A stretch of 64,000 nucleotides of DNA from positions 25,657 to 89,656 of the forward strand of contig CAZWFS010000002.1 in NCBI GenBank assembly GCA_964633325.1. Reading direction: 5' to 3'. Within the stretch, counting starts at the first letter, position 1. Every line of letters begins with the position of its first letter. The notes below the pieces were generated by a model. That model saw only the letters and a list, made by a program, of their open reading frames with translations, was not told the origin of the DNA and ran no database searches. The stretch comes from an uncultured Candidatus Saccharibacteria bacterium. Lineage in GTDB: Bacteria; Patescibacteriota; Saccharimonadia; Saccharimonadales; CAZWFS01. Shown here one piece after another: positions 44,494-54,420 of this stretch. Position numbers and translations under genes: made by a program.

Positions 44494-45542
44494 GGCAATG
44501 GTGGCACGCAGCGGACTGGCTCCAGGGCCGCAGCGTCCCCGCTTAGTATCTCCAGGTTATTACCTCCGCTATTTGCCCCGCCTAACGTAAGCAACGCGTA
44601 CTGGTCGTTGCCGTTATCCCTAATACATATCACGATGCCGCTCGGGGGATTTATAGGACTAGGCCGGGCAGTAGGCCAATCCTCCACCATGGCGTTATGG
44701 AGGTGCCTTAGGAAGAATCTCTGATGTAGATTATTAAGCGGATCTTTGTGTAAGCCGCAAGAATAATTACCAGAGTGGAATGGGATAACATTGGTGGAAG
44801 TGGAGCCGGAAATCCTGCCGACAGCGTCGGCACTATTCAGCGAGGTGAAAAAGCCGAAGCCGCATATGTTCTGGATATCGCCAGCTGAATCCTTGTAGGT
44901 GACGTTACTGAACTTAAGCGAAAAGCTCAGAGGCTGGTTAAGGGAGCCTCCAGGATCGGTGAACCCGCAGGTGTTGATACGACTTCCGCAGTGGATACTG
45001 GTCGGTAGTGCCCTGTGTATGTCTTCGACCGGCCTCTCCGGTAGCTGCGGATCCAGCCGGCGGCCCATGATACTGTAGGCTCTCATCGTGTTGCCTTCCG
45101 TCGCAGCCTGGGGGTTGAACTGTATGCCCTGACCGATGAACATACACTCATCATTCTTGCCCGGCGTACTGCCGCTTTCTGGCACCTGGTAGGCGCGGGG
45201 GCGGAGACTGCCGCCGTCGACGACGTCGGCATCCGTAGAGGGATCAAATACAGGGGGCGCTGCTGGTCTCATCGGAAGAGTTCCTGTGTCGCAGGTGAAA
45301 TTGGATGTCTCAAAATAGTGGCCGGTAGCTACGTCATTCTGAATGTCGGTGATGCGCGATTGCAAATCCCTGACCGCCTGGGCAAATTCGGTCCTTCTTT
45401 GCTGGCCGGATACCAACAACACGACGCTGATGAATAAAGCGCTGCTGACTGCCAGGAAGATCATCGTCTCTATGATTGTATAACCACTCGAGGCAGCCTG
45501 CCGGACATTCATGCCCTTAAGTATAGCATAAGAGGAACGCAC
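44490..45542 (-). CDS. prepilin-type minor pilin (large, 350 aa)
   Basis: G|YTIIETMIFLAVSS with Glu+5. Confidence 0.7.
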   Translation of the reverse strand: MRSSYAILKGMNVRQAASSGYTIIETMIFLAVSSALFISVVLLVSGQQRRTEFAQAVRDLQSRITDIQNDVATGHYFETSNFTCDTGTLPMRPAAPPVFDPSTDADVVDGGSLRPRAYQVPESGSTPGKNDECMFIGQGIQFNPQAATEGNTMRAYSIMGRRLDPQLPERPVEDIHRALPTSIHCGSRINTCGFTDPGGSLNQPLSFSLKFSNVTYKDSAGDIQNICGFGFFTSLNSADAVGRISGSTSTNVIPFHSGNYSCGLHKDPLNNLHQRFFLRHLHNAMVEDWPTARPSPINPPSGIVICIRDNGNDQYALLTLGGANSGGNNLEILSGDAAALEPVRCVPPLP

Positions 45543-45594
45543 GAACAGGGGGGATGGAGAGAATTTTCCTTTTTTTGGGTTGAAGTTGATCTAC

Positions 45595-46437
45595 TTAGGC
45601 ATTCATTACAAGCAAACGGTTATACCAGGCGAATATGGCATTACCAAACAGGAGTGCGATGACGGCAGCCGCGATCAGGAACGGACCAAAAGGTATACGG
45701 GATTGCCGCGTCGCCTTACCAGTGAGTAGTAAGGGCATGATGACTAATGTGCCGAGCGTTGAGGCCATAAATAATACTAACAAGCTATTGATTGGTCCAC
45801 CCACTATCAAGCCCAACAGGAAGCCCAGCTTCACGTCACCCCCGCCTATCCATCTGCCGTTGGAAAACTGGAATAATAGGTAGAAAAGCCCTCCGGCAAT
45901 CGCTAGGCCCCATAATACTCCCGTAATGATGTCCCCGGCTCCCGCCGGTGAAAAGATTGACAGCACAATCACTTGAGTCACGGCGAGTCCGATCAAAGGA
46001 TATATAATCCTGTTTGGCAACAGCATCCAGCGAAGGTCGTAAACCACCAAGGCCATAAAACCAATCAACATTCCTAGCCATATGACGAACCGTACGATGC
46101 CTAAGGCATCGAAGTCATAAGGCCAAAAGACGTATGATATGACGAATAAAATCGCCGTTAAAAGCTCTACTACCGGATATTGCCACGATATAGGCCTATG
46201 ACAATATCGGCATTTGCCCCTACGGGCCAGCCAACTAAATACCGGGATAAGGTCAGCGATGGACAGCTGGTGGCGGCAGTGTACGCACATGGATCTGCCA
46301 CGGAAAACTGATAACTTTTGTTTTTTGGCTTTTGGCTTTTGGCTCTTTGATTGTTCACGAAGCCGCCACACCAGCGCGTTGACGAAGCTGCCAAAAGCTA
46401 GCCCCAGCCATCCCAAGACTATGATGATGGTTAACAT
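45595..46437 (-). CDS. pilD: prepilin peptidase (A24 family)
   Basis: Zinc-binding CxxC...CxxC segment (CVHCRH...CRYCH) and a polytopic membrane domain. Confidence 0.9.
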   Translation of the reverse strand: MLTIIIVLGWLGLAFGSFVNALVWRLREQSKSQKPKAKKQKLSVFRGRSMCVHCRHQLSIADLIPVFSWLARRGKCRYCHRPISWQYPVVELLTAILFVISYVFWPYDFDALGIVRFVIWLGMLIGFMALVVYDLRWMLLPNRIIYPLIGLAVTQVIVLSIFSPAGAGDIITGVLWGLAIAGGLFYLLFQFSNGRWIGGGDVKLGFLLGLIVGGPINSLLVLFMASTLGTLVIMPLLLTGKATRQSRIPFGPFLIAAAVIALLFGNAIFAWYNRLLVMNA

Positions 46438-46505
46438 TCCGAGATACCTGTTAACTCAGGCAAACCCGCCGTGACGGACCCGCCTGCCGCTCAGTTATTT
46501 CCTAC

Positions 46506-46985
46506 TTAAGATTCCTGGCAAAGTGGCTGCTGGGTGCCACCAGTCTCTACGGTGTAGAGGGCGGTATATTGTCTGGCCGATGCCCCTACGTTGGTCGCAT
46601 CACCGGTCGGTACACCCCCAGATAGCTCGCATTTTGTTCCGTTCGAGTAGAAGATAAATTCGATGTCATTGGGGTTAGCTACGTCGGCTGCCGCATTCTT
46701 ATGATCTACCTTGGTTGTATCATAAAAGCCGAGCTTTGCGTTATCGACGGCAGTCGCTAGTGTGGGCCCGTCGTTTGGTACCTTGCCGCCATTATTATTT
46801 ACGTACTCTGATACGGCCCCTAGCAAGTTAGCCACGTCGTTACGGCGCTGGGTATTACGCGAATTACGTTGCAGGGCGGGGACGGCCAGGAATACGATTA
46901 GCATTATAAGGCCGGCAATGGCCAGCACAATCAGGACTTCGATGATGGTGAAGCCTTCTTTTCCTTTTCTCAGATTTTTTAACAT
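46506..46985 (-). CDS. pilA: type IV major pilin
   Basis: MLKNLRKGKEG|FTIIEVLIVLAIAGL with Glu+5, and a C-terminal Cys pair. Confidence 0.85.
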   Translation of the reverse strand: MLKNLRKGKEGFTIIEVLIVLAIAGLIMLIVFLAVPALQRNSRNTQRRNDVANLLGAVSEYVNNNGGKVPNDGPTLATAVDNAKLGFYDTTKVDHKNAAADVANPNDIEFIFYSNGTKCELSGGVPTGDATNVGASARQYTALYTVETGGTQQPLCQES

Positions 46986-47087
46986 TGTTTCAAATGCCCC
47001 CTTTAGCATTTATTAATGACGGTTATGTTTAAAATACTACCCGCCCGCCAAGCAAAAAGCAAGCATTTCTCCTGATGAAAGGCTTCC

Positions 47088-48305
47088 CTACCTGATAATT
47101 GTCTTACCCGCCAGGCCATAGATTGGCAGCAGGACAGCGGCGACGATAATGAAGGCGAAGATACCCATGACTACCATCAGAAGCGGCTCAATGATGGTCG
47201 AAATGGTCTTAATTTGGTTGTCTACCTCTTTTTCGTAGTAGTCGGCTATTTTCTCTAGCATTTTCTCTATGGCTCCGGACTGCTCGCCAATATGTAGCAT
47301 GTTCGGCACCAGCACCAAAAAATTGGGGTCATTGGTCAGCGCTTCGGACAAAGCCTTGCCACCTTTCACTTTTTCGGTAGCCGTCTTTAGCGAGCGCTCA
47401 ATATGCACGTTATTGATGGCGGCACCAGTTATCTCTAGCACCTGTATCAGTGGCACCCCGCTGCCTACCAACGTAGATGCGGTGCGTGCGAATCTGGCCA
47501 TGTACATTTTCATGAATAGCGGTCCGAATGGCCAGGTACGCATCTTGGTACGATCAATTATGCTCTTGCCGCCTAACGTACGTGCCCAGCGCGTTCCCAT
47601 AAAGACGCCCAGGCCTATCAGGAGCACAACTATCCACCAAAACCTGGTCGCAAAATGCGCAACACTCAGCAATATGCGGGTCACAATCGGTAACGTAGCC
47701 CCCGGTATGCCATCATAAAGCACTTCCACCTGCGGCAAGACCTTGATAATCATAAAAGTCATGACAAGGACCATCACTACCATGACGATGGCGGGATAGA
47801 CCATAGCCCCGCGGACTTTGCTGACAATCTCGGCATCCTTCTCTTGTTGGTTGGCTATCCTTTCAAGCGACCGGTCTAGGGTGCCGGAGACTTCCCCGGC
47901 GGCAATTAGGCTTATGTAGACCTGGTTGAATACCATGGGGTGCCGGCTCATGGCCACCGACAGGGCCGACCCGGCTTCGACGTCGTTGATAAGCTTATTA
48001 ATGACTACCTTGAAAGGCTTGCTGGTAGTCTGGGAACCGACGCTGTGCAGGCTTTGAAGCAGGGGCAAACCGGCGTTTATGAGCGTCGACAGCTGGCGGG
48101 AAAAAAGTATTTTGTCTTTAGTCTTGACCTTGTTCAGTAATTTTCCAACACCTGTAACCTGACTATCCTGTAGTGTGACCTCGATCGGGGAAAGGCCGGA
48201 TTGCTTTATCAACTTGGCGGCCGCCTGCTCGCTATCAGCCTCTACTTCGGCCTTCACTTTCTGGCCGGTAGACGGATCCCTGGCAACGTATTTGTAACTC
48301 AGCAC
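47088..48305 (-). CDS. pilC: type IV pilus platform protein PilC (GspF family)
   Basis: Duplicated GspF domains, 405 aa, GTG start. Confidence 0.9.
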   Translation of the reverse strand: MLSYKYVARDPSTGQKVKAEVEADSEQAAAKLIKQSGLSPIEVTLQDSQVTGVGKLLNKVKTKDKILFSRQLSTLINAGLPLLQSLHSVGSQTTSKPFKVVINKLINDVEAGSALSVAMSRHPMVFNQVYISLIAAGEVSGTLDRSLERIANQQEKDAEIVSKVRGAMVYPAIVMVVMVLVMTFMIIKVLPQVEVLYDGIPGATLPIVTRILLSVAHFATRFWWIVVLLIGLGVFMGTRWARTLGGKSIIDRTKMRTWPFGPLFMKMYMARFARTASTLVGSGVPLIQVLEITGAAINNVHIERSLKTATEKVKGGKALSEALTNDPNFLVLVPNMLHIGEQSGAIEKMLEKIADYYEKEVDNQIKTISTIIEPLLMVVMGIFAFIIVAAVLLPIYGLAGKTIIR

Positions 48306-48325
48306 GACAAAACCTCGTTTCGGAG

Positions 48326-48354
48326 GGTTGTAGGTTGTAGGTTGTAGGTTGTAG
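48326..48354. repeat. heptad tandem repeat GGTTGTA x4 (CTACAAC in pilC sense)
   Basis: ggttgtaggttgtaggttgtaggttgtag lies 21 nt upstream of the pilC start. Confidence 0.85.
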
Positions 48355-48403
48355 CAAATGAAACCTCAGCAATGTAATGATTGTTGTGCTGTAACCTCAT
48401 AAT

Positions 48404-49477
48404 TTAGCCCCGCATTAAGCGGTCCAGCTCCTCGATATCGACAGCTACATTGCGAGCCTCGTCATATGTAATGGTACCGCTATGGATCATATTCACGAGA
48501 GTCTTGTCCATAGACTGCATCCCGAATTCCGCTCCAGTCTGTATAACAGCTTCCAGCTGGTGGCTCTTGCCTTCACGGACTATGTTACGGACGGCTGGCG
48601 TAGCGATGAGTATCTCGGCCGAGGCGATCCGGCCGCCACCAATGGCCGGAATGAGACGCTGCGAGCATATGGCTACCAGTATATTTGATAGCTGAGCGCG
48701 TATCTGGGGCTGCTGATGGGGTGGGAAGACATCTATCATACGGTCTATGCTCTGCGCCGCGCTGTTGGTATGCAGGGTCGCGAACACCAAATGCCCCGTC
48801 TCGGCTATGGTGATGGCAGCGGCGATGGTCTCTAGGTCACGCATCTCACCGATTAGCACGACGTCAGGATCCTCACGCAACGAGGAGCGTAGAGCCGCGG
48901 AGAATGAATAGGTATCGTAGTGCACTTCCCTCTGGACTATTACCGCCTTTTTAGACTTGTGGGTGAATTCTATCGGATCCTCGATGGTTATTATGTGGAC
49001 TGCTCGCTCCTGGTTGATCTTATGTATAAGGGCGGCTAAGGTTGTCGATTTGCCGGAACCAGTCGGGCCAGTAACCAGGACCAGGCCCCGTGGGTAGTCT
49101 GCGAACTTATTAACTATTTGTGGCAACCCAAGCTGTTCCACCGTCAACAGTTCGTTAGGAATCAGCCGCAGGGCGGCGGCCATGTTCCCACGCTCATGGA
49201 ATGCGTTAACCCGGAAGCGGCCTAGATCACCAAATGCGAAACTAAAGTCAAACTCTTTGTCCTTTAGCAGTATCTGCTTCTGATCCTCGTCCAATACGGC
49301 GAAGATCAAGCCTTCTACGGCTTCTTCGTTCAATATATTAGCCCCTATGACCGGCGCAAGCGCGCCATCGACACGTAACATAGGCGGCAGTCCGACCTGT
49401 AGGTGGAGGTCGGAGGCCTTTTTCTTGATGACCTCCTCGAGAAGTATCTCGATCCTGGGTTGCGCGGCAGTGGCCAT
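48404..49477 (-). CDS. pilT: twitching-motility ATPase PilT
   Basis: Walker A GPTGSGKSTT, Asp/His boxes, 357 aa. Confidence 0.9.
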   Translation of the reverse strand: MATAAQPRIEILLEEVIKKKASDLHLQVGLPPMLRVDGALAPVIGANILNEEAVEGLIFAVLDEDQKQILLKDKEFDFSFAFGDLGRFRVNAFHERGNMAAALRLIPNELLTVEQLGLPQIVNKFADYPRGLVLVTGPTGSGKSTTLAALIHKINQERAVHIITIEDPIEFTHKSKKAVIVQREVHYDTYSFSAALRSSLREDPDVVLIGEMRDLETIAAAITIAETGHLVFATLHTNSAAQSIDRMIDVFPPHQQPQIRAQLSNILVAICSQRLIPAIGGGRIASAEILIATPAVRNIVREGKSHQLEAVIQTGAEFGMQSMDKTLVNMIHSGTITYDEARNVAVDIEELDRLMRG

Positions 49478-49610
49478 TACAAGCCTCCTTTAAGTGTTAT
49501 GTCTGTAAGGTGGTAATGGTGAGTGGTACGAAAGATGCTATCTATCTGTGATTGTTCTTTGCTTTTTGCTCTAGTTTGTCTGTTCATCGTAAATCGTTCC
49601 CTGTGTTAAC

Positions 49611-51395
49611 TTAAGCGCTGTCGGTCGCCGCCACCCTGTTGACCTCATTCAACGTGGTGTAACCGGCCAAGGCTTTTAGGTAGCCGTCTTCGCGCATAAC
49701 TACCATCCCTTGGGCCTGCGCCGCATGCTGTATTTCCGTACTGGTAGAGCGTTTGAGGATGAGCTCCTGGATGGCTTCGGTAACTTCGAATACCTCATAC
49801 AAGCCCATGCGACCTTTGTAGCCGCCCGGGCTTTCAGAGCTATCTTTGCCCTTAAATAAAGTATAAGCGGTTTGCCCCTTAAGAGGCAAGGTCTTATAGC
49901 CTAGGTCTTCGGACGCCTTGAGGACATCCTCTTCCTTCTCTGGCAACAGATGGCCGAGGGATTCATGGATGGCTTCGGTCTCTGCAGCGTCAGACTGGTA
50001 TTTATCAGAAATCTTGGAATCTATACGCCGTACCAGCCGCTGACCGATAACAGTGTGCACTGTGGAGGCGATAAGGAATGGCTCGATACCCATATCCAAT
50101 AAACGGGGCAAGATGCCAGCCGCCGAGTTGGTGTGCAGCGTCGAAAATACAAGGTGACCCGTCAGCGCCGCTTGCACCGCCAGGGTAGCCGTCTCCTTAT
50201 CCCGTATCTCGCCTACCATCACGACGTCAGGGTCCTGGCGCAGTATGGAACGCAGGCCGGATGCGAATGTTAGGCCGACTTCAGCGTTGACCTGTATCTG
50301 ATTGATGCCGTCCATCTTGTACTCTACCGGATCCTCCAATGTGACGATATTGATAGAGTCATTCTTGATTTCCTGGATGAGCGCATACAACGATGTCGAC
50401 TTGCCTGAACCGGTCGGTCCGGAAGTTAGGATCATGCCATTCGGTCGTTCCAGGCCCTTTCGGATGACCCTAAGGGCACGACCATGATAGCCCATGTCCT
50501 CCAGCTTGAAGCTGGTACCGCTCTTATCCAGAAGCCGGATAACTACCTGTTCGCCCCACACCACCGGTGATATCGCGATTCTGAGGTCGATCGCCCGGTT
50601 CTCTACCAGCACGGTAAATTGACCGTCCTGTGGGATCCGGTGTTCATCAATTTTCAGATTGGAGAGAATCTTGATACGTGAAACCAGCGGAGGCTCCGTA
50701 CTTTTGGGTAACTTCATAATCTCCCTAAGCACACCGTCCACCCGGCAACGTATCTTCAGCTCTTTCTCGAGTGGTTCAATATGGATATCACTAGCCCTGT
50801 TCTTGGCGGCATACTCCAAGATAGTGGAAAGCGCCTTGCTTATGGGCGAATCCTGAACTATCGTCTTGATGTTCTTCTCTTCTTTTTTTACAGCACCTGG
50901 TGCGGTCGGATCTTCCTGCATAGCCAGAGCTCCGACAACATCTTGGCTTATGTTCGCCTTATACTGCCGGAGTACTTGCCTTATACCCTCTTCGCTAGCG
51001 GTATAGACCTTTAGCGGCCGCCCGATCTTATTGGCCAGGAAGTCGACGGCTTGGACATTGTCAGCATCCAACATGGCCACAACCAACCTGTTCTGCATCT
51101 CGCCAAGAGGTACAGCCATATAACGTTCCGCCAAATCCTGCGGCAATAGTGCCAAAGTATCGGGATTGATACGGGCGTTGCTAAGGTTGGCGTATGGAAG
51201 CTTGGTGATACGAGCGATAATCTTAGTTATCTCTTCGTTGGAGACGTGCCCCTCGCTGACTATCAGGCCCAGCAACGGCTGTTTGTCATGCTCTGCTTTT
51301 TCACGTAACCCTGCGAGCGTCTCCATATTCAGAAGTCCCGCCTCTACAAGCTTCTCCTCTACCTGCTTCTGGGTACTAGTGGATAGGACGCTCAT
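49611..51395 (-). CDS. pilB: type IV pilus assembly ATPase PilB (GspE family)
   Basis: Walker A GPTGSGKSTS, N-terminal GspE_N domains, 594 aa. Confidence 0.9.
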   Translation of the reverse strand: MSVLSTSTQKQVEEKLVEAGLLNMETLAGLREKAEHDKQPLLGLIVSEGHVSNEEITKIIARITKLPYANLSNARINPDTLALLPQDLAERYMAVPLGEMQNRLVVAMLDADNVQAVDFLANKIGRPLKVYTASEEGIRQVLRQYKANISQDVVGALAMQEDPTAPGAVKKEEKNIKTIVQDSPISKALSTILEYAAKNRASDIHIEPLEKELKIRCRVDGVLREIMKLPKSTEPPLVSRIKILSNLKIDEHRIPQDGQFTVLVENRAIDLRIAISPVVWGEQVVIRLLDKSGTSFKLEDMGYHGRALRVIRKGLERPNGMILTSGPTGSGKSTSLYALIQEIKNDSINIVTLEDPVEYKMDGINQIQVNAEVGLTFASGLRSILRQDPDVVMVGEIRDKETATLAVQAALTGHLVFSTLHTNSAAGILPRLLDMGIEPFLIASTVHTVIGQRLVRRIDSKISDKYQSDAAETEAIHESLGHLLPEKEEDVLKASEDLGYKTLPLKGQTAYTLFKGKDSSESPGGYKGRMGLYEVFEVTEAIQELILKRSTSTEIQHAAQAQGMVVMREDGYLKALAGYTTLNEVNRVAATDSA

Positions 51396-51518
51396 ATATC
51401 GGCTCCGTGGATATGCGGGTCAGGAGCCTGGGCATAGAGGGCAGGTAATTCCTCTTGATGCTCGACGCTATGCTGAAAAGCTGGTCTGTTCACTGTTCCC
51501 TGCTCGCTGCTTATATTT

Positions 51519-51761
51519 CTATTGTTTGAAGGGTTGGGGATTAGGGTTGTCGCCGATCTGGATAAGCTGGGTTGGATTGACCGCGTTGGCGTTGAAATAC
51601 TTACCATCAGGTTTAGGAAAGTCCGTAGAAATCTTTTCCACTACTTCGACTTTCTCCTGGCGGTTCTTGTCTGCGGTGAATAGGAGGTTGGATACGAAGA
51701 ATGACATTATCGCGCTTACGATGCTGGCTAGCACGATCAACGTGATATCTTTATGTTTCAT
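51519..51761 (-). CDS. small single-pass membrane protein in the pilus operon
   Basis: One TM; 4-nt overlap with the pilO-like gene. Confidence 0.45.
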   Translation of the reverse strand: MKHKDITLIVLASIVSAIMSFFVSNLLFTADKNRQEKVEVVEKISTDFPKPDGKYFNANAVNPTQLIQIGDNPNPQPFKQ

Positions 51762-52432
51762 CTTACTTCCTTCGTGGTTATGGTAAGTGTCTTCTCCGGT
51801 TGGTAGAAAGTCTTGGCACCTATCGTAAGCTGCATAAGACTGTCATTGCCAGAGAAGGATACTTTCTGCACATGGAAGGGGCGGACTGAACGTTCCATGA
51901 CAGATATGAGCGACTGAACGGCCGGATAGCTACCGCTTATATCTATCTCGAATGGAATGTCAACGACTACCGGAGCGGCTCCACCGCTGTTAGTCTTTTG
52001 GTTGAGCTCGTCGTCTTTTCCGGTGATACTACCAATCTTGTAAGCCTTGTTGCTAAGAATTTTATCTAGGGAGGTAGCCAGTGCTGGAAAATCATATTTG
52101 CTTGGTAGTGCATCCAGTATTATCTTGGCGTTATCGCCATCACGGTCTCCCCTGCCGTTCGGATTGCCCCCCAGCACGTTCTCCGGCGCCCCGATGAACT
52201 GCTGATATGACGCGGTCAGGCTTTGGGCAGCCTTGATATTTTCCTGAAGCTGCTTTTTGGCTTTATCTTTCTCTACAATGACTCTTGACTGATAGGCCCG
52301 TTGTTTAAGCAAGGCACGGCTGGCTATCAACCCGAAGATGATGATGAATGAGGCGCCTGCTATGATGGCCATCATGGTGGCGTTGGCCTTACTTATCTGT
52401 AGGCGTTTGCTAGATAATGCGAATTTTGCCAT
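51758..52432 (-). CDS. pilO: PilO-like pilus assembly protein
   Basis: TM plus coiled-coil plus C-terminal domain, positioned after pilN. Start set at MAKFALSS. Confidence 0.55.
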   Translation of the reverse strand: MAKFALSSKRLQISKANATMMAIIAGASFIIIFGLIASRALLKQRAYQSRVIVEKDKAKKQLQENIKAAQSLTASYQQFIGAPENVLGGNPNGRGDRDGDNAKIILDALPSKYDFPALATSLDKILSNKAYKIGSITGKDDELNQKTNSGGAAPVVVDIPFEIDISGSYPAVQSLISVMERSVRPFHVQKVSFSGNDSLMQLTIGAKTFYQPEKTLTITTKEVR

Positions 52433-52442
52433 AGTTGTATTC

Positions 52443-53126
52443 CTACCTGTTCGTTTCCGTATTAGCTGGCTGTTGGAACAATGCGCCCGGTTTCTCAATT
52501 TCGGAACGCGTGGTAATGATCTTCGGAACGGTCAGGGTTACTTCGCTGGCGGTGTCAAATATAACCGGATCGAAAACCAGCACTATATTGTAAGTAGCCC
52601 CCTTGTCATTCCTACCGAAATTAACAAGGACGACATCGGAGAATGACTTACCTTTCTTGCTGCCGTCGGAAGTATTGAAATCGGTAAACTTGATTGTGTC
52701 GATGAACTTATTGACCGTACTCAGGTTATCAGTATCTCCGGTGATATTTATGCTGTTCGCTTCAAAATCGATGTCGAGCTTAGATATGTTGACCTGTGTA
52801 GGTGTAATCTGAGTCAGATAATTGAATAGACGCGAGACTACCGGTTTCTTATTATGTAGCTCCGGTAGACTACCGAGCTGGTTCTGTACAGTTAGGATTT
52901 TATTAAGTTCCGGGGTAGCCTGCAACTGGTGGCTGTCGCGCTTTATGTCTTTGGTCAGGTTATCCGAGTGCTGTTTCTGGAATACCCTAACCACCATGAA
53001 CAGGGCGATGAATATCGTCAGAACCACGCCTGAAGCCAGCGCTGATACGACCATGACCACCCTCTTAGCACGACGTGCCTTTATGAACTGCAGTTTTACG
53101 TCGGGGAGTAAGTTGAACTGGATCAT
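52443..53126 (-). CDS. pilN: PilN fimbrial assembly protein
   Basis: MIQFNLLPDVKLQFIKARRAKR followed by a TM. Confidence 0.8.
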   Translation of the reverse strand: MIQFNLLPDVKLQFIKARRAKRVVMVVSALASGVVLTIFIALFMVVRVFQKQHSDNLTKDIKRDSHQLQATPELNKILTVQNQLGSLPELHNKKPVVSRLFNYLTQITPTQVNISKLDIDFEANSINITGDTDNLSTVNKFIDTIKFTDFNTSDGSKKGKSFSDVVLVNFGRNDKGATYNIVLVFDPVIFDTASEVTLTVPKIITTRSEIEKPGALFQQPANTETNR

Positions 53127-53150
53127 CGTAGTTCACCTCCTACAAAGTAA

Positions 53151-53179
53151 GGTTGTAGGTTGTAGCTTGTAGGTTGTAG
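53151..53179. repeat. heptad tandem repeat GGTTGTA/GCTTGTA x4
   Basis: ggttgtaggttgtagcttgtaggttgtag lies 25 nt upstream of the pilN ATG. Confidence 0.85.
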
Positions 53180-53200
53180 TAAATCAAAGTACTTACCTAA

Positions 53201-53225
53201 TTTGTAATTTGTAACTTGTAACTTA
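53201..53225. repeat. heptad tandem repeat TTTGTAA/CTTGTAA x3-4
   Basis: tttgtaatttgtaacttgtaactta, directly after the pilM stop. Confidence 0.8.
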
Positions 53226-53232
53226 TGGTGTG

Positions 53233-54273
53233 TCATTCTACGCGCTCCGCCAGTCCGGCTGCCACCCCGAAGTGATTAGAAACGGCCAGCAGTTCATTCT
53301 GGCGCTCTGCTGCGAAAGATACATTCCGCCATGCGTTGCCGATTTCTACGTTGATAGCGAACTTATTTGCTATATATAGTGGGAATTCTGGCAAGGCCGA
53401 GGCTCCGCCAGTGACAACTATCCTATCCACCATCACCGCCGGATAACGCGTCTGGAAGAACTTGATCGATTTATCTATCTCCGTCATCAGTATGTCTACC
53501 GTACCAATTATGGCGTTATATACCTGCCCTTCGAGCTTATCTTTGCTAAGGCCGAACTTGAATACGAACTGTTGAGCCTGGTTGTCGTCTATATTCAGAT
53601 TCTGTGTGGCTGCCTTAATAATGGCTTCTGAACCGGTAGGTATGGAACGTGTCAGGCGAGGCGCTCCGTTCATGCTCACCACGATGTCAGTGCTCTTATT
53701 TCCTATATCGACCACCATTTCCGGGGCAGTTGCTTCAGATGGCATAATAGCGCGGATCAGCGCCAGGTTGTCCGGCTCGAAGGCGATGACATTCAGACCT
53801 ATCGATTCCAAAAGATCTAGACGGGATTCTATGAATTTGTTAGTAACACTGGATAGAAGGACTTCTACCTTGTTCTTGTCCACGGGTGAATCGCCCAGTA
53901 CGGCCCAATCCAGCTTGGACTCGGATACGGCTGTGGGTATCAGGCCGTCCGCCTGGTAACGGATGGATTTGGCAAGCTCACCAGGACTGAGGCGATCAAT
54001 ATCAATCAATGTCGTAAAGACCCGTTGCGACGGGATGCCAACTGCTACGTTACGGGTAGTCACTTTGGCTTGGGCCAATAATTCACGGACGATCTCTATC
54101 ATTTTCTGCTGATCGGTACTGGAGTCGCTCATGGCAATCTTACTATCTACGGGAGCGTACGCGTACCGGTCCAACGCTTTCAGGCGGCCACTCCCACGCA
54201 ATTGCACTAACCGTATAGCGGTAGTGCCGATATCGAGTCCGAAAAAATCAGATACCCCACTCAGTAGACCCAT
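53233..54273 (-). CDS. pilM: PilM (actin-like pilus assembly ATPase)
   Basis: FGLDIGTTAIRLVQL and an actin/FtsA-like fold pattern. Confidence 0.9.
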   Translation of the reverse strand: MGLLSGVSDFFGLDIGTTAIRLVQLRGSGRLKALDRYAYAPVDSKIAMSDSSTDQQKMIEIVRELLAQAKVTTRNVAVGIPSQRVFTTLIDIDRLSPGELAKSIRYQADGLIPTAVSESKLDWAVLGDSPVDKNKVEVLLSSVTNKFIESRLDLLESIGLNVIAFEPDNLALIRAIMPSEATAPEMVVDIGNKSTDIVVSMNGAPRLTRSIPTGSEAIIKAATQNLNIDDNQAQQFVFKFGLSKDKLEGQVYNAIIGTVDILMTEIDKSIKFFQTRYPAVMVDRIVVTGGASALPEFPLYIANKFAINVEIGNAWRNVSFAAERQNELLAVSNHFGVAAGLAERVE

Positions 54274-54420
54274 ACTGCTACAGCCCTCGCCTGTCTATAA
54301 TTTTGTCGGTACCGACTATGTGCATGGTATTGGATGCCGCTTTTACTTTTTTCATATGCCCTGTCTTGGCTTTAACGAGACTCGTAGGACCTATATTCAT
54401 ATGCGCTTCGTTAAAAGTTC

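Noticed and set aside
13006-53225. CRISPR array as the explanation for the short tandem repeats.
   Set aside because: The units are 7 nt with no spacers, the tracts are under 40 nt, and no cas genes are present.
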